Shown piece after piece: positions 50,411 to 59,952 of a stretch of DNA of 64,000 nucleotides. Source of the DNA: a virus. Numbering within the stretch: position 1 is the first letter of the stretch; each line of letters opens with the position of its first letter. Location of the stretch: the IMG/VR virus record IMGVR_UViG_3300017917_002918, positions 32,001 to 96,000 of that record, one strand, 5' to 3'. Below the pieces are notes generated by a model. It did not search any database. It saw only the letters and a list, made by a program, of their open reading frames with translations, and had not been told where the DNA came from. A program made the translations under genes and the position numbers.

Positions 50411-51345
50411 GTATCAACATTATTATTTTTTAATAAATTATCTACAATGAGCTTAACGACATTTAAACTCATAGCATTTCCAAATAGTCTATATGCCTGT
50501 GTATCACTAACAACAATCTTATATGTATCGGGCAAACCCTGTAGTCTAGCACATTCTCTAGGAGTTAATCTTCTTAGATTCGTCTTGCCAATTGGGTTGT
50601 ATTCTGTGTGATAATAATTGTCTTGACTTGCCCTGTGCATTTTGAATAATGTTGAACATAGCGGTCTTGCTATTTTTAAATCTGTCTCTGGGTTTGCATC
50701 CCAACCACCTGTCCCTCTGCTTAAAACTGTTTTTAACATTTTTTCTGTAAGATAGTATTTATCATCTACCTTTGGTTCAAGTAAATCTTGAACACTCAAA
50801 TTGATGGATTGGTGTTTAGGAAACTCAAAATTAAATTCACCAAAATCTTTATGTTGTCCAATAATATAAACTCTCCGTCTTGTGTGTGGTATTCCGTAAT
50901 CCGAAGTATTTAAAATTTTATAACTAATATTATAATTTAATTCAAACAGTTCTTTTACAATTTTAAAATCATTTTTATTATTTGAAGTTGTTAGTTTTTG
51001 AACATTTTCAAATATAAAATATCTAGGTAATTTATAATTTAGTATGCGTATGTAATCATAAAACAACTTACTAGCACTCCCTTTTAATCCCATCCCATCT
51101 TTCTTCATTAAAGATATGTCAGTACATGGACTTCCACCTATCAAAATATCAAAATCAGGCAATTCCTTTTCATTAATTTGTGTAATATCCCCATAATTTT
51201 GTCTATTGGGGAAGTTTTCATTATAATTTTTTTCTGCATAAATATCTATTTCAGAATATCCAACGCAATCAGCATATAAATCTAAAGCCATACCACCTAT
51301 TCCAGTACCAGAAAATAATTCAAAATATTTTAATTTACCCATCAC
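50407..51345 (-). CDS. DNA cytosine-C5 methyltransferase
   Basis: FSGTG, GSPCTD, ENV, RRRVY, GNA. Confidence 0.9.
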   Translation of the reverse strand: MMGKLKYFELFSGTGIGGMALDLYADCVGYSEIDIYAEKNYNENFPNRQNYGDITQINEKELPDFDILIGGSPCTDISLMKKDGMGLKGSASKLFYDYIRILNYKLPRYFIFENVQKLTTSNNKNDFKIVKELFELNYNISYKILNTSDYGIPHTRRRVYIIGQHKDFGEFNFEFPKHQSINLSVQDLLEPKVDDKYYLTEKMLKTVLSRGTGGWDANPETDLKIARPLCSTLFKMHRASQDNYYHTEYNPIGKTNLRRLTPRECARLQGLPDTYKIVVSDTQAYRLFGNAMSLNVVKLIVDNLLKNNNVDT

Positions 51346-51395
51346 TTTTCTCCTACTATCATTTTTTAACTCACCATCCCAATAAAATATTCCTT

Positions 51396-51698
51396 TTACT
51401 TATTTTTTAATTCTTGCAATAAATAACTGTAATGTATTATAAGAGCTTCATTTTCTGCGATTTCTTTTTTGTATTTTTCATTATCTCTAATACAGATATC
51501 TATAATATCACTATACTGTCTTATTAAATCATCTTTATTGGGTTGAATTGTTTCGATTCTCACATATTCTTTGTAGCACGTTGGACACATATTGTAGGGA
51601 AGCCTACTTGTCATATATTGAAAATATTTATTGCAAATTTTACAATGACACATAAATAACACCACTCTTTTATTTTTAATTTGATTTATTCTTGCCAA
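51396..51698 (-). CDS. Zn-ribbon/coiled-coil protein
   Basis: CKIC...CPTC; stop codon inside site 51382. Confidence 0.55.
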   Translation of the reverse strand: MARINQIKNKRVVLFMCHCKICNKYFQYMTSRLPYNMCPTCYKEYVRIETIQPNKDDLIRQYSDIIDICIRDNEKYKKEIAENEALIIHYSYLLQELKNK

Positions 51699-51855
51699 AG
51701 TTACCAGAGCAATTCCATACTACACCCACAGAACCGAATACTCGCTCAATCTTCTCATTACCACACTTAGGACATTGTTTTAGCGGAATTTGACTCATTT
51801 TTAACTCTAACTCTATTTCACCACAAGTCTCGCACTTAAACTCATATGTAGCCAT
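51676..51855 (-). CDS. FmdB-family Zn-ribbon protein (59 aa, not in ORF track)
   Basis: MATYEFKCETCG...CPKCG...ERVF. Confidence 0.7.
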   Translation of the reverse strand: MATYEFKCETCGEIELELKMSQIPLKQCPKCGNEKIERVFGSVGVVWNCSGNFGKNKSN

Positions 51856-52316
51856 CTTTTTACCTCACATTTCTTTCATATTATAATTATCTCTAACATG
51901 GTCACTAATGATTTGTATTTGACTCATCACAAATTCATCATTGGCTATAGTAGGATGCAATCTCGCCGTACAAGTTAATTCCTTACCCATTTGTTTGTAT
52001 TTGCCATAATTAAACAGCAGTATCACCAGTGGTATTTCTGTACGATTCTTTGTCAATAGTTTTTGCAATAATTTAAATATCATAATTCAATTAACCTCGT
52101 TTCAAATTAATATTATTGTTTAATTATGTCCTACAGTCTATATAGCCCTGTTTTACAATAGTATCAAACTCTTTTTTGCTTAGAGTCATGTAATATTCGT
52201 TAGAGTGTTCAAATTGCATATAGTACACGACAATTCCGAAAGCTCCGCCACGATAATGGCTTGTTAGTCTTAATTTAGAATCAACTATTGTTATCACTCC
52301 AATCTCATGAGCAGTT

Positions 52317-52631
52317 TTAATCTACAAATTCATAATCTGTCCATCCAAGTTCACAATATTTCTGCTTTATTTTTGCAATCTCCAACCATCTAGTTTCATT
52401 ATTTATCCTACGTGGTGTATAAACACGCCAATTTGCCACATAATCCGAATCTTCACACATATATTCGATTGAAAATTTAGTCTTGCGATGTCCCTTTAAA
52501 TAGAAAAACTTATTGCCAATCTTCTCAACGGTTGCTTCTTCAATATGATCAATGATATCGTCTGTTATATATCGAGATTTATTATTTATTGGTTTCAAAT
52601 ATACTATTTGACCAACTTTGAGTTTTTCCAT
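52317..52631 (-). CDS. Hypothetical beta-barrel-like protein
   Basis: LKVGQIVY...VEKIGNKF pattern. Confidence 0.5.
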   Translation of the reverse strand: MEKLKVGQIVYLKPINNKSRYITDDIIDHIEEATVEKIGNKFFYLKGHRKTKFSIEYMCEDSDYVANWRVYTPRRINNETRWLEIAKIKQKYCELGWTDYEFVD

Positions 52632-52668
52632 ATCAACATCATCCTTTTTAATCTATTTTAACACATGT

Positions 52669-52920
52669 TTATTTACCAGTGAGATAATCTAATCTAGATT
52701 CCACTTCGTCCCATTCACCACAATTATTGTCTTCTGCCCATTCATCATCTGGATTCCATTTAAAACCATCGTCATCTATTACCAATACAGATATTTTTCC
52801 GCATTCATTAATATTTCCAAACGAATAATAAGCATTAAGAATATGTTCGTCTACTTCTGATTGTAGGCATTCCTGATTGTATACTTCTTCATTAAATAAA
52901 TACCCTATAACTCTCGCCAC
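52669..52920 (-). CDS. Hypothetical acidic protein
   Basis: ORF just downstream of site 52943. Confidence 0.5.
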   Translation of the reverse strand: MARVIGYLFNEEVYNQECLQSEVDEHILNAYYSFGNINECGKISVLVIDDDGFKWNPDDEWAEDNNCGEWDEVESRLDYLTGK

Positions 52921-53618
52921 ATTTATACCCCCAATATTCCAAATAAAATTTAGTTTTTACACACTTTAAATTTCAGCTTCATCGAATCCATTCTTAATTA
53001 CATTGTCACTAAAGCTAACGCCCTTTAAAAAATCTACAAATAAATCTACAACATCATGAATATCCTCATATTCATCAAATGTCTTTGATACAGTTACAAC
53101 TCTACCATCTGCCTCTACATATTGAAAGCTATAAGTTGTTCTATTGTTTTCCATCTCAATCATTTTTACACCATCCTTATATAATTATTTATCACCTGTT
53201 TGCCATAACCACGCCAAACAATAACCCAAAAATCCAAACGCTCCGAACGAAAACACACCAGTGTTATAAGAAATTAACGCATCAAATATGTAAAACAAAA
53301 GCCATAATGTTAAACCTTTTGCTAGTGAGTATTTACGTAATTTATCCAATATGATTTTCACAAAAATCACCTCACTCTTTACTCAGTCATATAAGTTAAT
53401 AACCCACCATAACAATACCAACATTGCCATTAGAAAATATACAATGATTAATACTAAATTTGCATATGCAATTATAATAAACGGGAACAGCATATAACTA
53501 TACTTTCTGAAGCTATTTAGATTGTTGGTAGGTGTGTGCAGAAAGTGAATTAAATTATGTATTACCAAGAATCCTACTGCACTTAGTAATATTCCTGCAA
53601 AATACAAATCGTAATACA

Positions 53619-53828
53619 TCATTCACACACCTTTGCAACAGTAAATATTATTAAAATAAGAACAACTAATGCTATTGGAATCAATATTGGACTTAATACC
53701 CACCACCATGACCAAGCTATGAAGTTTGTTAACTTCAGCCCAATGAATAGAATTGTGAGTAATCCCAAAAATCCTATTCCACCACTATTATTGCTACTAT
53801 TATTGTTTGATGTCGCCATGAAAATCAT
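53619..53828 (-). CDS. Small two-TM membrane protein
   Basis: GGIGFLGLLTILFIGLKLT-FI-WSWWWVLSP. Confidence 0.7.
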   Translation of the reverse strand: MIFMATSNNNSSNNSGGIGFLGLLTILFIGLKLTNFIAWSWWWVLSPILIPIALVVLILIIFTVAKVCE

Positions 53829-53844
53829 CTCCTTTACCTTGTTA

Positions 53845-54106
53845 TGTGGCTATATAATCATAAGTTAATTACAAACCCTGAATCTCTGCACGAGCTAAAG
53901 CTCGGCAGGTTCTTACATACTATTCAACTTCTATAATAAATCTCGATTTATTATCACTTTATTATCACTAATTGATTTCTGTAAGACTTTCACTAACAAG
54001 AGTTACAACTAACTCATTGACGTTAGTATATAGGCTCAATTCAAAACCTGTTTCATATCTATATTACATTTTTCAACGCATTATTTAAGTAAATCACATA
54101 GCCACA
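53845..54106 (-). ncRNA. Orphan TnpB-type omega-RNA-like locus (IS200/IS605 right-end scaffold plus about 18-nt guide position) closed by a 15-bp stem
   Basis: Right-end hairpin CTGCCGAGCTTTAGCTCGTGCAG then AGATTCAG; loop TGAATT (54043-54038) complementary to GATTCA (53884-53879), a pseudoknot; further hairpins; no tnpA/tnpB adjacent. Confidence 0.65.
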
Positions 54107-54121
54107 CTTGGTTATATATTA

Positions 54122-54150
54122 ATATTACACTACTTATGTTGAATTGTCAA
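54122..54150 (-). promoter_or_regulatory. SigA-type promoter driving the ncRNA locus
   Basis: TTGACA-17 bp-TAATAT; repeated motif just upstream (54161). Confidence 0.65.
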
Positions 54151-54176
54151 TATAATTATCATAATTTAATTATAAA

Positions 54177-54368
54177 TCACTTATTTTTACCAATTCCCAT
54201 GATTTTACCTGTAATGAACGACATAACAAGCACATACACAGTAACGGCAACCCATGTCGGAAGTATGTACAGTAATTGAGCTACACCCATAATGATTGCT
54301 AGAATTGGTACAGTAACTAACAAACCCATACCTGTTGTTTTGAAAAATGACTTAATTTTATTCATCAT
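54177..54368 (-). CDS. Small membrane protein
   Basis: Two hydrophobic helices. Confidence 0.55.
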   Translation of the reverse strand: MMNKIKSFFKTTGMGLLVTVPILAIIMGVAQLLYILPTWVAVTVYVLVMSFITGKIMGIGKNK

Positions 54369-54369
54369 A

Positions 54370-54747
54370 TTACTTTTCTCCTTTCGGGTTTAATTTATAA
54401 AACTCTTTAATTTCGTTATATGTACTACCAATTACATTTTTAAAATCATTAACTTCATTAATCGCTTTCTTGAATAGCTTCTCTTTAACTGTCAGGTTAT
54501 AAGCACCAATTGATATTGCTAACCAATCACCATAATATCCAGTCCATTTCCACGTGTTAGTATTTTTATCAAGCAATTCTAATTCCATTTGTGAATCTTT
54601 AACTACAGCTCTAACATAATCATTAAACATTACAATAGTTGACCTAGGTTCAACTTTTTTTCTTTTAACTTCACCATCTTCAGTTATTTCTTCCATATCT
54701 TCAATTTCAACTTGATCTAAATCATCTCTTTCATCATCCATAACCAT
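54370..54747 (-). CDS. Hypothetical protein
   Basis: ORF with RBS. Confidence 0.55.
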   Translation of the reverse strand: MVMDDERDDLDQVEIEDMEEITEDGEVKRKKVEPRSTIVMFNDYVRAVVKDSQMELELLDKNTNTWKWTGYYGDWLAISIGAYNLTVKEKLFKKAINEVNDFKNVIGSTYNEIKEFYKLNPKGEK

Positions 54748-54764
54748 ACCTCCATAGTCTTATT

Positions 54765-55340
54765 TTAATTACAGCATTTGCATTTTACGTCAAACAAATC
54801 ATTTACAAATATTTCAGCGGAGTCCTTTAGTTTACTTAAATCTCCGTCGTTTTGAACTATGTAATCATATGCGAAGTCAAACACATTTGCATCTGCTTCG
54901 TTGGTTAAAATCTGTGATATTCTTGAGTTTACCACAAGCACTGTCACAACTTCATCCTCATTGAATTGGTCTTTTAGTTTTTGAATCTCAATTGGTTCAC
55001 GAATATGAACGCATATGATTGACCTATCTGAATTGAGTCTCACCAATCTAAAATCAGATATTCTTTTCATCATATACTTCAATGGTGAATCATAATATTT
55101 TGTTGCTAAGTCCTTTAGCTCAGCTAAGAAACTTCTATCACGCTCATATTTACAACCATTCCACCCTAATATTTTTCCTGCAAACTTCACTTCGTCTACA
55201 CTTGAATAGTTTTCTACATAGCAGACCTCGCCTAGTAGTTTCGAAAATGTATCTTTACCTGTACCACCAGAACCATTAAGTATTACAATTTTTTGCACAT
55301 TATCACATCCTTTACAAGAATAAAATATCCAACCTCTCAA
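54765..55340 (-). CDS. P-loop nucleotide kinase (dNMP-kinase-like)
   Basis: ILNGSGGTGKDT, HIREP-E, N-AD..V. Confidence 0.65.
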   Translation of the reverse strand: MRGWIFYSCKGCDNVQKIVILNGSGGTGKDTFSKLLGEVCYVENYSSVDEVKFAGKILGWNGCKYERDRSFLAELKDLATKYYDSPLKYMMKRISDFRLVRLNSDRSIICVHIREPIEIQKLKDQFNEDEVVTVLVVNSRISQILTNEADANVFDFAYDYIVQNDGDLSKLKDSAEIFVNDLFDVKCKCCN

Positions 55341-55673
55341 TCATTTCATTAATACTTAGTTCCTTGTTCAGTCTTTCCCTGAAGATAGCTCGCAAGCTAT
55401 CACCTTCAGTTCTACTTACTCTTACATCTAACCAACCATCCTTTTGCCTTATTTCAGCGTACTCATCTTTTTCGGTTATTACCCTAATCTTCTTTAACTC
55501 AACTTCTTGAACAATCTCAATTATATGTTTAACACTTACCATTACTATTGTTATACCTCCATAATCATATTTTAATTACTATAACTAATTATAACATAAT
55601 TGCGAATGTTGTCAAGAGAAAATGAAAAAAACAACAACATATTTCAATTATATATTGTTGCTTTTTCGTGATC

Positions 55674-55946
55674 TCACTCAGAAAACACAATCACGCTTCC
55701 ATTTAATAGTACCAATGTTACAGCATTTAACATATCATCATATTCACACTTTACAATGTCACTAATGATAATACTCATGTCTGCGTAATCCTTCGTACTT
55801 CCAAAATACAGAATCAAATCTTGAACATCATAATAGAAATCTTCCAAAATAATGTTACCCATAATTCCTGTTACTAAGTTCATTGTTACTGATTTTCCTT
55901 TAAGGTTAGACAAACCTTCTGACAAAATCTTCTGATATGTAGTCAT
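55674..55946 (-). CDS. Hypothetical protein
   Basis: ORF with RBS. Confidence 0.5.
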   Translation of the reverse strand: MTTYQKILSEGLSNLKGKSVTMNLVTGIMGNIILEDFYYDVQDLILYFGSTKDYADMSIIISDIVKCEYDDMLNAVTLVLLNGSVIVFSE

Positions 55947-56003
55947 AATAACACCTCTTAAATATTATATTTTAATTATATGTAAAGAAAGGCAAAGCCT
56001 TTC

Positions 56004-56948
56004 CTATAGCATCTCTTGTAGTCTCGCCTTAGTCTTCGTCCAGTAACCAGCACTATAGCCAAATCTCTCATTAATTACAATCCAATCTTCCTTGTCTAGC
56101 TCGCCTTTCTCTTCCTTGATTTGTTTAGCCATGTCTAGCATACCTGAGTACCACATTCCTGTAACAGTCCAGTATTGATTTCCCCAATATTGCTTAATTC
56201 TATTCAACCTTGCAGTTATGTTTGTTGCTTTAATTGCTCCTTCACATTGTCTAGCGGCAACTCTCAACACGTAATCTGTTTTTGTTATGACATAATGATT
56301 AGATTTAAGATCTGGTGAATCCTCCCCATTATTCTTATAGTAGAATTCCTCATCTAATGCTCTCCTAATGTAATCTATAGCCAAATCGGACACTATAATC
56401 TTTCTAGTTTCACCATTGTTTTTAGTTAACGTCAATTCATTTGAAATAAATCCTACATCTGACTCTTTTAAGTTGATAATCTCTTCTGCATCTTCACCTT
56501 TAACACCTTCAAATGGCAATATCAAACATAATGCATCCTGTGCATTAACACATGAACCTGCAATTTCTTCTAATTCTGCACGGGTAACGTATTTCTTTCC
56601 CTGTATATTTACATCTACATACTTTAATAAATCTTCATAACCACCTATGCCTTGCAAATAATTAACTTTTGTTTCAATATATCCTTCTTTGTTCGCAAAG
56701 TCTAGGTATATTTTTAACACAGATAATACACTTGCTACAGCCTGAACACTACCATTACAATAACTTTTCAACAAAGAATCTAATTCATTATTGTCCATCT
56801 CATATATGTCTTTATTAAGCATTGATTCTGTTTCATAAGATTTTTGAAGAATGTACTTATAATAAATTTGTGTACTTGCAGAGTAATTTTCCAAAAATCT
56901 ATTTTTAAAATCTTGATTATACAAGACTTGACTTAAATATTTGTTCAT
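56004..56948 (-). CDS. Integrase-fold repressor, SPbeta MrpR/YopR (SroF)-like
   Basis: YN..K.RFL, E...NKDIY, YLDFA, YVT..EL...VNAQD...L.FEGV.G...E...L, Y.KNG pattern; lacks HxxR. Confidence 0.75.
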   Translation of the reverse strand: MNKYLSQVLYNQDFKNRFLENYSASTQIYYKYILQKSYETESMLNKDIYEMDNNELDSLLKSYCNGSVQAVASVLSVLKIYLDFANKEGYIETKVNYLQGIGGYEDLLKYVDVNIQGKKYVTRAELEEIAGSCVNAQDALCLILPFEGVKGEDAEEIINLKESDVGFISNELTLTKNNGETRKIIVSDLAIDYIRRALDEEFYYKNNGEDSPDLKSNHYVITKTDYVLRVAARQCEGAIKATNITARLNRIKQYWGNQYWTVTGMWYSGMLDMAKQIKEEKGELDKEDWIVINERFGYSAGYWTKTKARLQEML

Positions 56949-56973
56949 AATTTCAAATCCCTTCTATACTATA

Positions 56974-58260
56974 TTAGTTATTATTAATATTTTCAGATAT
57001 AATATCGACCAATTTTTTCATGCTCTGTTTATTGATACTTTTTATATCACTAATATTAATTTTGCTATTTAACGAATCGTTGTCTAGCAACTCTAATATA
57101 ATATCTTCCCAATTCCCCATTTCATAAGTAGCATATATTAAACAAATATAATATGCCCAAGTAGTTTGTTCTACTGCCACCTTGATCAAATCTTGTTTCA
57201 ACTCTATAATGTGATTCAATCCATCAATGATACGCTTACTATACTTTACAATATCTAGTCTTTCCTTTGGTTCAAAAGTATATTCAATTGCATCAGCTAG
57301 TATATCAAATGCAACAAATGCTTTACCTTTTTTGATCATGAAGTCATCAAACGATACTAAACCTTTGAGGTATGAATTAGAATTCTCATTGATCTTCTTA
57401 ACTATTAAATTTGAAATACTATCTGAGTTCAATGATTTAATATATTTCTTATTCATTTTGTTCTTCTTATCTTCTTGAACAATATACCTTCTTGCCTTAT
57501 CTAAGTCAAAATTTGTGATACTCACACCTGTTCTAAACTCAACATTAGGATTCTCTTGTACAGCATAAATCATGCCTAAACTTCTATGGAATCCATCAAG
57601 AATATTTGTTTCTCCTGCATATATAGTAAGAGTTTTTTCTTTCTCATTATATTCAAATTGTTCCTCGCCACTTTGCATTATGTTAAAAGTGATATAGTTT
57701 GATATAAATTTAGAAGAAAGAATATCTTTCTTTATTTCTTGAATAGATGTCTTATTGATATCTATTTCTTCGATAATCTTGTCTTTATATTCCTTCTTCT
57801 TCAGTGCTCTCTGTGTTTCGGGATTGTATATGATAACTCGTCTACTATATAGTTCAGCTATCTCTTGAGCAGTCATATATGTTACCCACATGTCTGAATT
57901 AATCTTCTCTACATTTTTAAATACAATCGGATATTTTGACTTTCCCTCAATATCAGCCTTCCAATTGTCACCTTCCTTGATTTCAAGTTCTGTAAAGAAC
58001 TTTTCTGGATTGATTCTTTCTTCACTCGTAGCTTCATATAATGATTTTGTAAATATATACAACATAACTTGACTAATTGTATTAATTGGTGTTAGTAACA
58101 TCAAAATCGAATTAGCATCACCAGCTAATAAGTTATGTCCCTTGAATATGTCTGCTACCTTCATTTTAACATGCCTATTCTTTGCATATTCACTAATCAT
58201 TATTGTTAATTCTTTCTCTAATACGTCTCTTTTTGTTCTCATAATTAATATATCCTCCAT
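56974..58260 (-). CDS. DGQHR/DndB-like protein, SPbeta YopQ (SroE)-like
   Basis: YNPETQR and ILDGFHR motifs; immediately upstream of MrpR-like gene. Confidence 0.7.
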   Translation of the reverse strand: MEDILIMRTKRDVLEKELTIMISEYAKNRHVKMKVADIFKGHNLLAGDANSILMLLTPINTISQVMLYIFTKSLYEATSEERINPEKFFTELEIKEGDNWKADIEGKSKYPIVFKNVEKINSDMWVTYMTAQEIAELYSRRVIIYNPETQRALKKKEYKDKIIEEIDINKTSIQEIKKDILSSKFISNYITFNIMQSGEEQFEYNEKEKTLTIYAGETNILDGFHRSLGMIYAVQENPNVEFRTGVSITNFDLDKARRYIVQEDKKNKMNKKYIKSLNSDSISNLIVKKINENSNSYLKGLVSFDDFMIKKGKAFVAFDILADAIEYTFEPKERLDIVKYSKRIIDGLNHIIELKQDLIKVAVEQTTWAYYICLIYATYEMGNWEDIILELLDNDSLNSKINISDIKSINKQSMKKLVDIISENINNN

Positions 58261-58402
58261 TATTAAATTTGCATCTATAATTAGTTTATAATATTATTGG
58301 CACTAAGTCAATAATATATGTATAAAAAAGGAAAATTAATTTATGTTCATAGATTTACTAATTGACATATTATCATATGCTCGTATATTGCGTCAAGAAT
58401 AA

Positions 58403-58705
58403 TTAAATCATAGCGTACAATTTAATTAATTTAGTATCCATTCCCTTACGATTTAAGACATAATCATCATGACGTTGTATGTAATCAAATACATCTGACA
58501 AATCATAATACTCTCTGTCCCACATGTGCTGATAATGATATTCTTTTGTGTTTCGTCTTGTATTCTTATGCATTAATTGAAATATATCATCATATATATC
58601 CACTTTCCACGAGTCTAATTTTGAGGACACAAGAACTACGTTTTGTAGCACTTGCACCCTAAAACCATAACTCATTGCTAATGTTACAACATCTGTCTCA
58701 CACAC
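58403..58705 (-). CDS. Hypothetical protein
   Basis: ORF downstream of MazF-like gene. Confidence 0.5.
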   Translation of the reverse strand: MCETDVVTLAMSYGFRVQVLQNVVLVSSKLDSWKVDIYDDIFQLMHKNTRRNTKEYHYQHMWDREYYDLSDVFDYIQRHDDYVLNRKGMDTKLIKLYAMI

Positions 58706-58726
58706 AATATAATAAACACCTGCTTT

Positions 58727-59314
58727 CTATACATATACTAATTCTTTTGTTTTAAAATACTCTTTAGTTTCCTTTATAACTTCTTTATAATCTCTGCCTA
58801 ATTTTGCACAATACTCCATTAATTCTTTCATTAGTAATTGTTTAGCTTTTATTTGTTGATTTAATTGTTTAGCCAATATATCCAACTGCCTAATACTAAG
58901 CATTATTTCCCTGACATATTCAAAATTCAAACTCATAATTTGATTATTGATACCGACTTGAATCATTACTGCATTTTCAAGTTGTGCCATGGTAGTTTCT
59001 GTAACTTCGCCAATTTTAAATTTTAATCTAGATTTGTCTATAGTTTGTGATTGTTCACACAACGCTATTGATTCTGATTTCAAACCCGAATCTAAACCCA
59101 CTAACACATGAGTTGGAACTTTTTTCATTTTATTTATGTTTGATGATAATGGTATCACCGTAATTGTTGGACTATAAGTATTACATTTATTGTTGCTTAA
59201 ACAAATTACTGGTCTTAAACCTTGTTGAATACTGGTTTTTTCTGAACTACTCATATAATTCAAATCTGCAAACCATATTTCACCCCTTTTTATTGTTGTA
59301 ATTGTGCTGCTCAT
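58727..59314 (-). CDS. PemK/MazF-family endoribonuclease-like protein with helical C-terminal extension
   Basis: IKRGEIWFADL...QGLRPVICLSN...SPTITVIPLSS...S.ALCEQ..TIDK.RL..KIG. Confidence 0.85.
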   Translation of the reverse strand: MSSTITTIKRGEIWFADLNYMSSSEKTSIQQGLRPVICLSNNKCNTYSPTITVIPLSSNINKMKKVPTHVLVGLDSGLKSESIALCEQSQTIDKSRLKFKIGEVTETTMAQLENAVMIQVGINNQIMSLNFEYVREIMLSIRQLDILAKQLNQQIKAKQLLMKELMEYCAKLGRDYKEVIKETKEYFKTKELVYV

Positions 59315-59440
59315 ACTACCAAACTCCCTTCAAATCATCTTATAATTAATTTATTGTTGCTTCTTGAAACTATAATACCACCAAATTATTACAATGTCAA
59401 CAAAAAAGATCATAAATTAATTATAAGATTTTTAATTTTA

Positions 59441-59743
59441 TTAAATTAACTGTTGAAGCTCCTCTCTAACATCGTCATCGAGGATATCTCCGACCATATC
59501 ATTTAATTTAACTAACATCGACTTGAGTTTATTATATGCAATAATTGAATCGTTATACATTAATTTGGCAGATTCAACATCATTTTTTAATTTTATAACT
59601 TCTTGCTGAAGTTGATACATTTCTAAAGTTTTGAAGGGTAGATATGATTGTAATTGCAATTGCAATTGATATATGTGAGATAATAGCTCATGTTCTCTAT
59701 CTGCTGTTATCTGTGGTGATTTATTCTCTAATTCTTCTGACAT
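59441..59743 (-). CDS. Hypothetical coiled-coil protein
   Basis: ORF in operon. Confidence 0.5.
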   Translation of the reverse strand: MSEELENKSPQITADREHELLSHIYQLQLQLQSYLPFKTLEMYQLQQEVIKLKNDVESAKLMYNDSIIAYNKLKSMLVKLNDMVGDILDDDVREELQQLI

Positions 59744-59745
59744 AG

Positions 59746-59949
59746 TTACATCACTTCCTGTACTTGATTATTCATTATTTTAATATGTTCTTTGTCATCT
59801 TTCCAAACATATTCGACTCTGTAATCGCATTTGACACACCATCCTAATTTACCATTCGTTGCAATTTGATTCAAGCAATTAGGACATTTTTCGTTTCTGT
59901 ACCAACAAGTATGCAATGTATTGTCCATTACTTTATCACTCCAATTCAT
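59746..59949 (-). CDS. Small Zn-ribbon protein
   Basis: CPNC...CVKC. Confidence 0.5.
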   Translation of the reverse strand: MNWSDKVMDNTLHTCWYRNEKCPNCLNQIATNGKLGWCVKCDYRVEYVWKDDKEHIKIMNNQVQEVM

Positions 59950-59952
59950 ACT

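Noticed and set aside
53933-53954. Palindrome ATAATAAATC-TC-GATTTATTAT as a cassette junction site
   Set aside because: Wrong arm spacing and not at a stop/RBS junction; better explained as a hairpin of the omega-RNA-like locus.
53845-54106. Complete IS200/IS605 element
   Set aside because: No tnpA, tnpB or recognisable left end; only the right-end scaffold is present.
56004-56948. Active integrase
   Set aside because: Integrase-like fold but no catalytic Arg or HxxR motif; matches the MrpR/SroF repressor pattern.
59441-59743. MazE antitoxin
   Set aside because: No AbrB or RHH pattern, and separated from the mazF-like gene by a promoter; not excluded experimentally.
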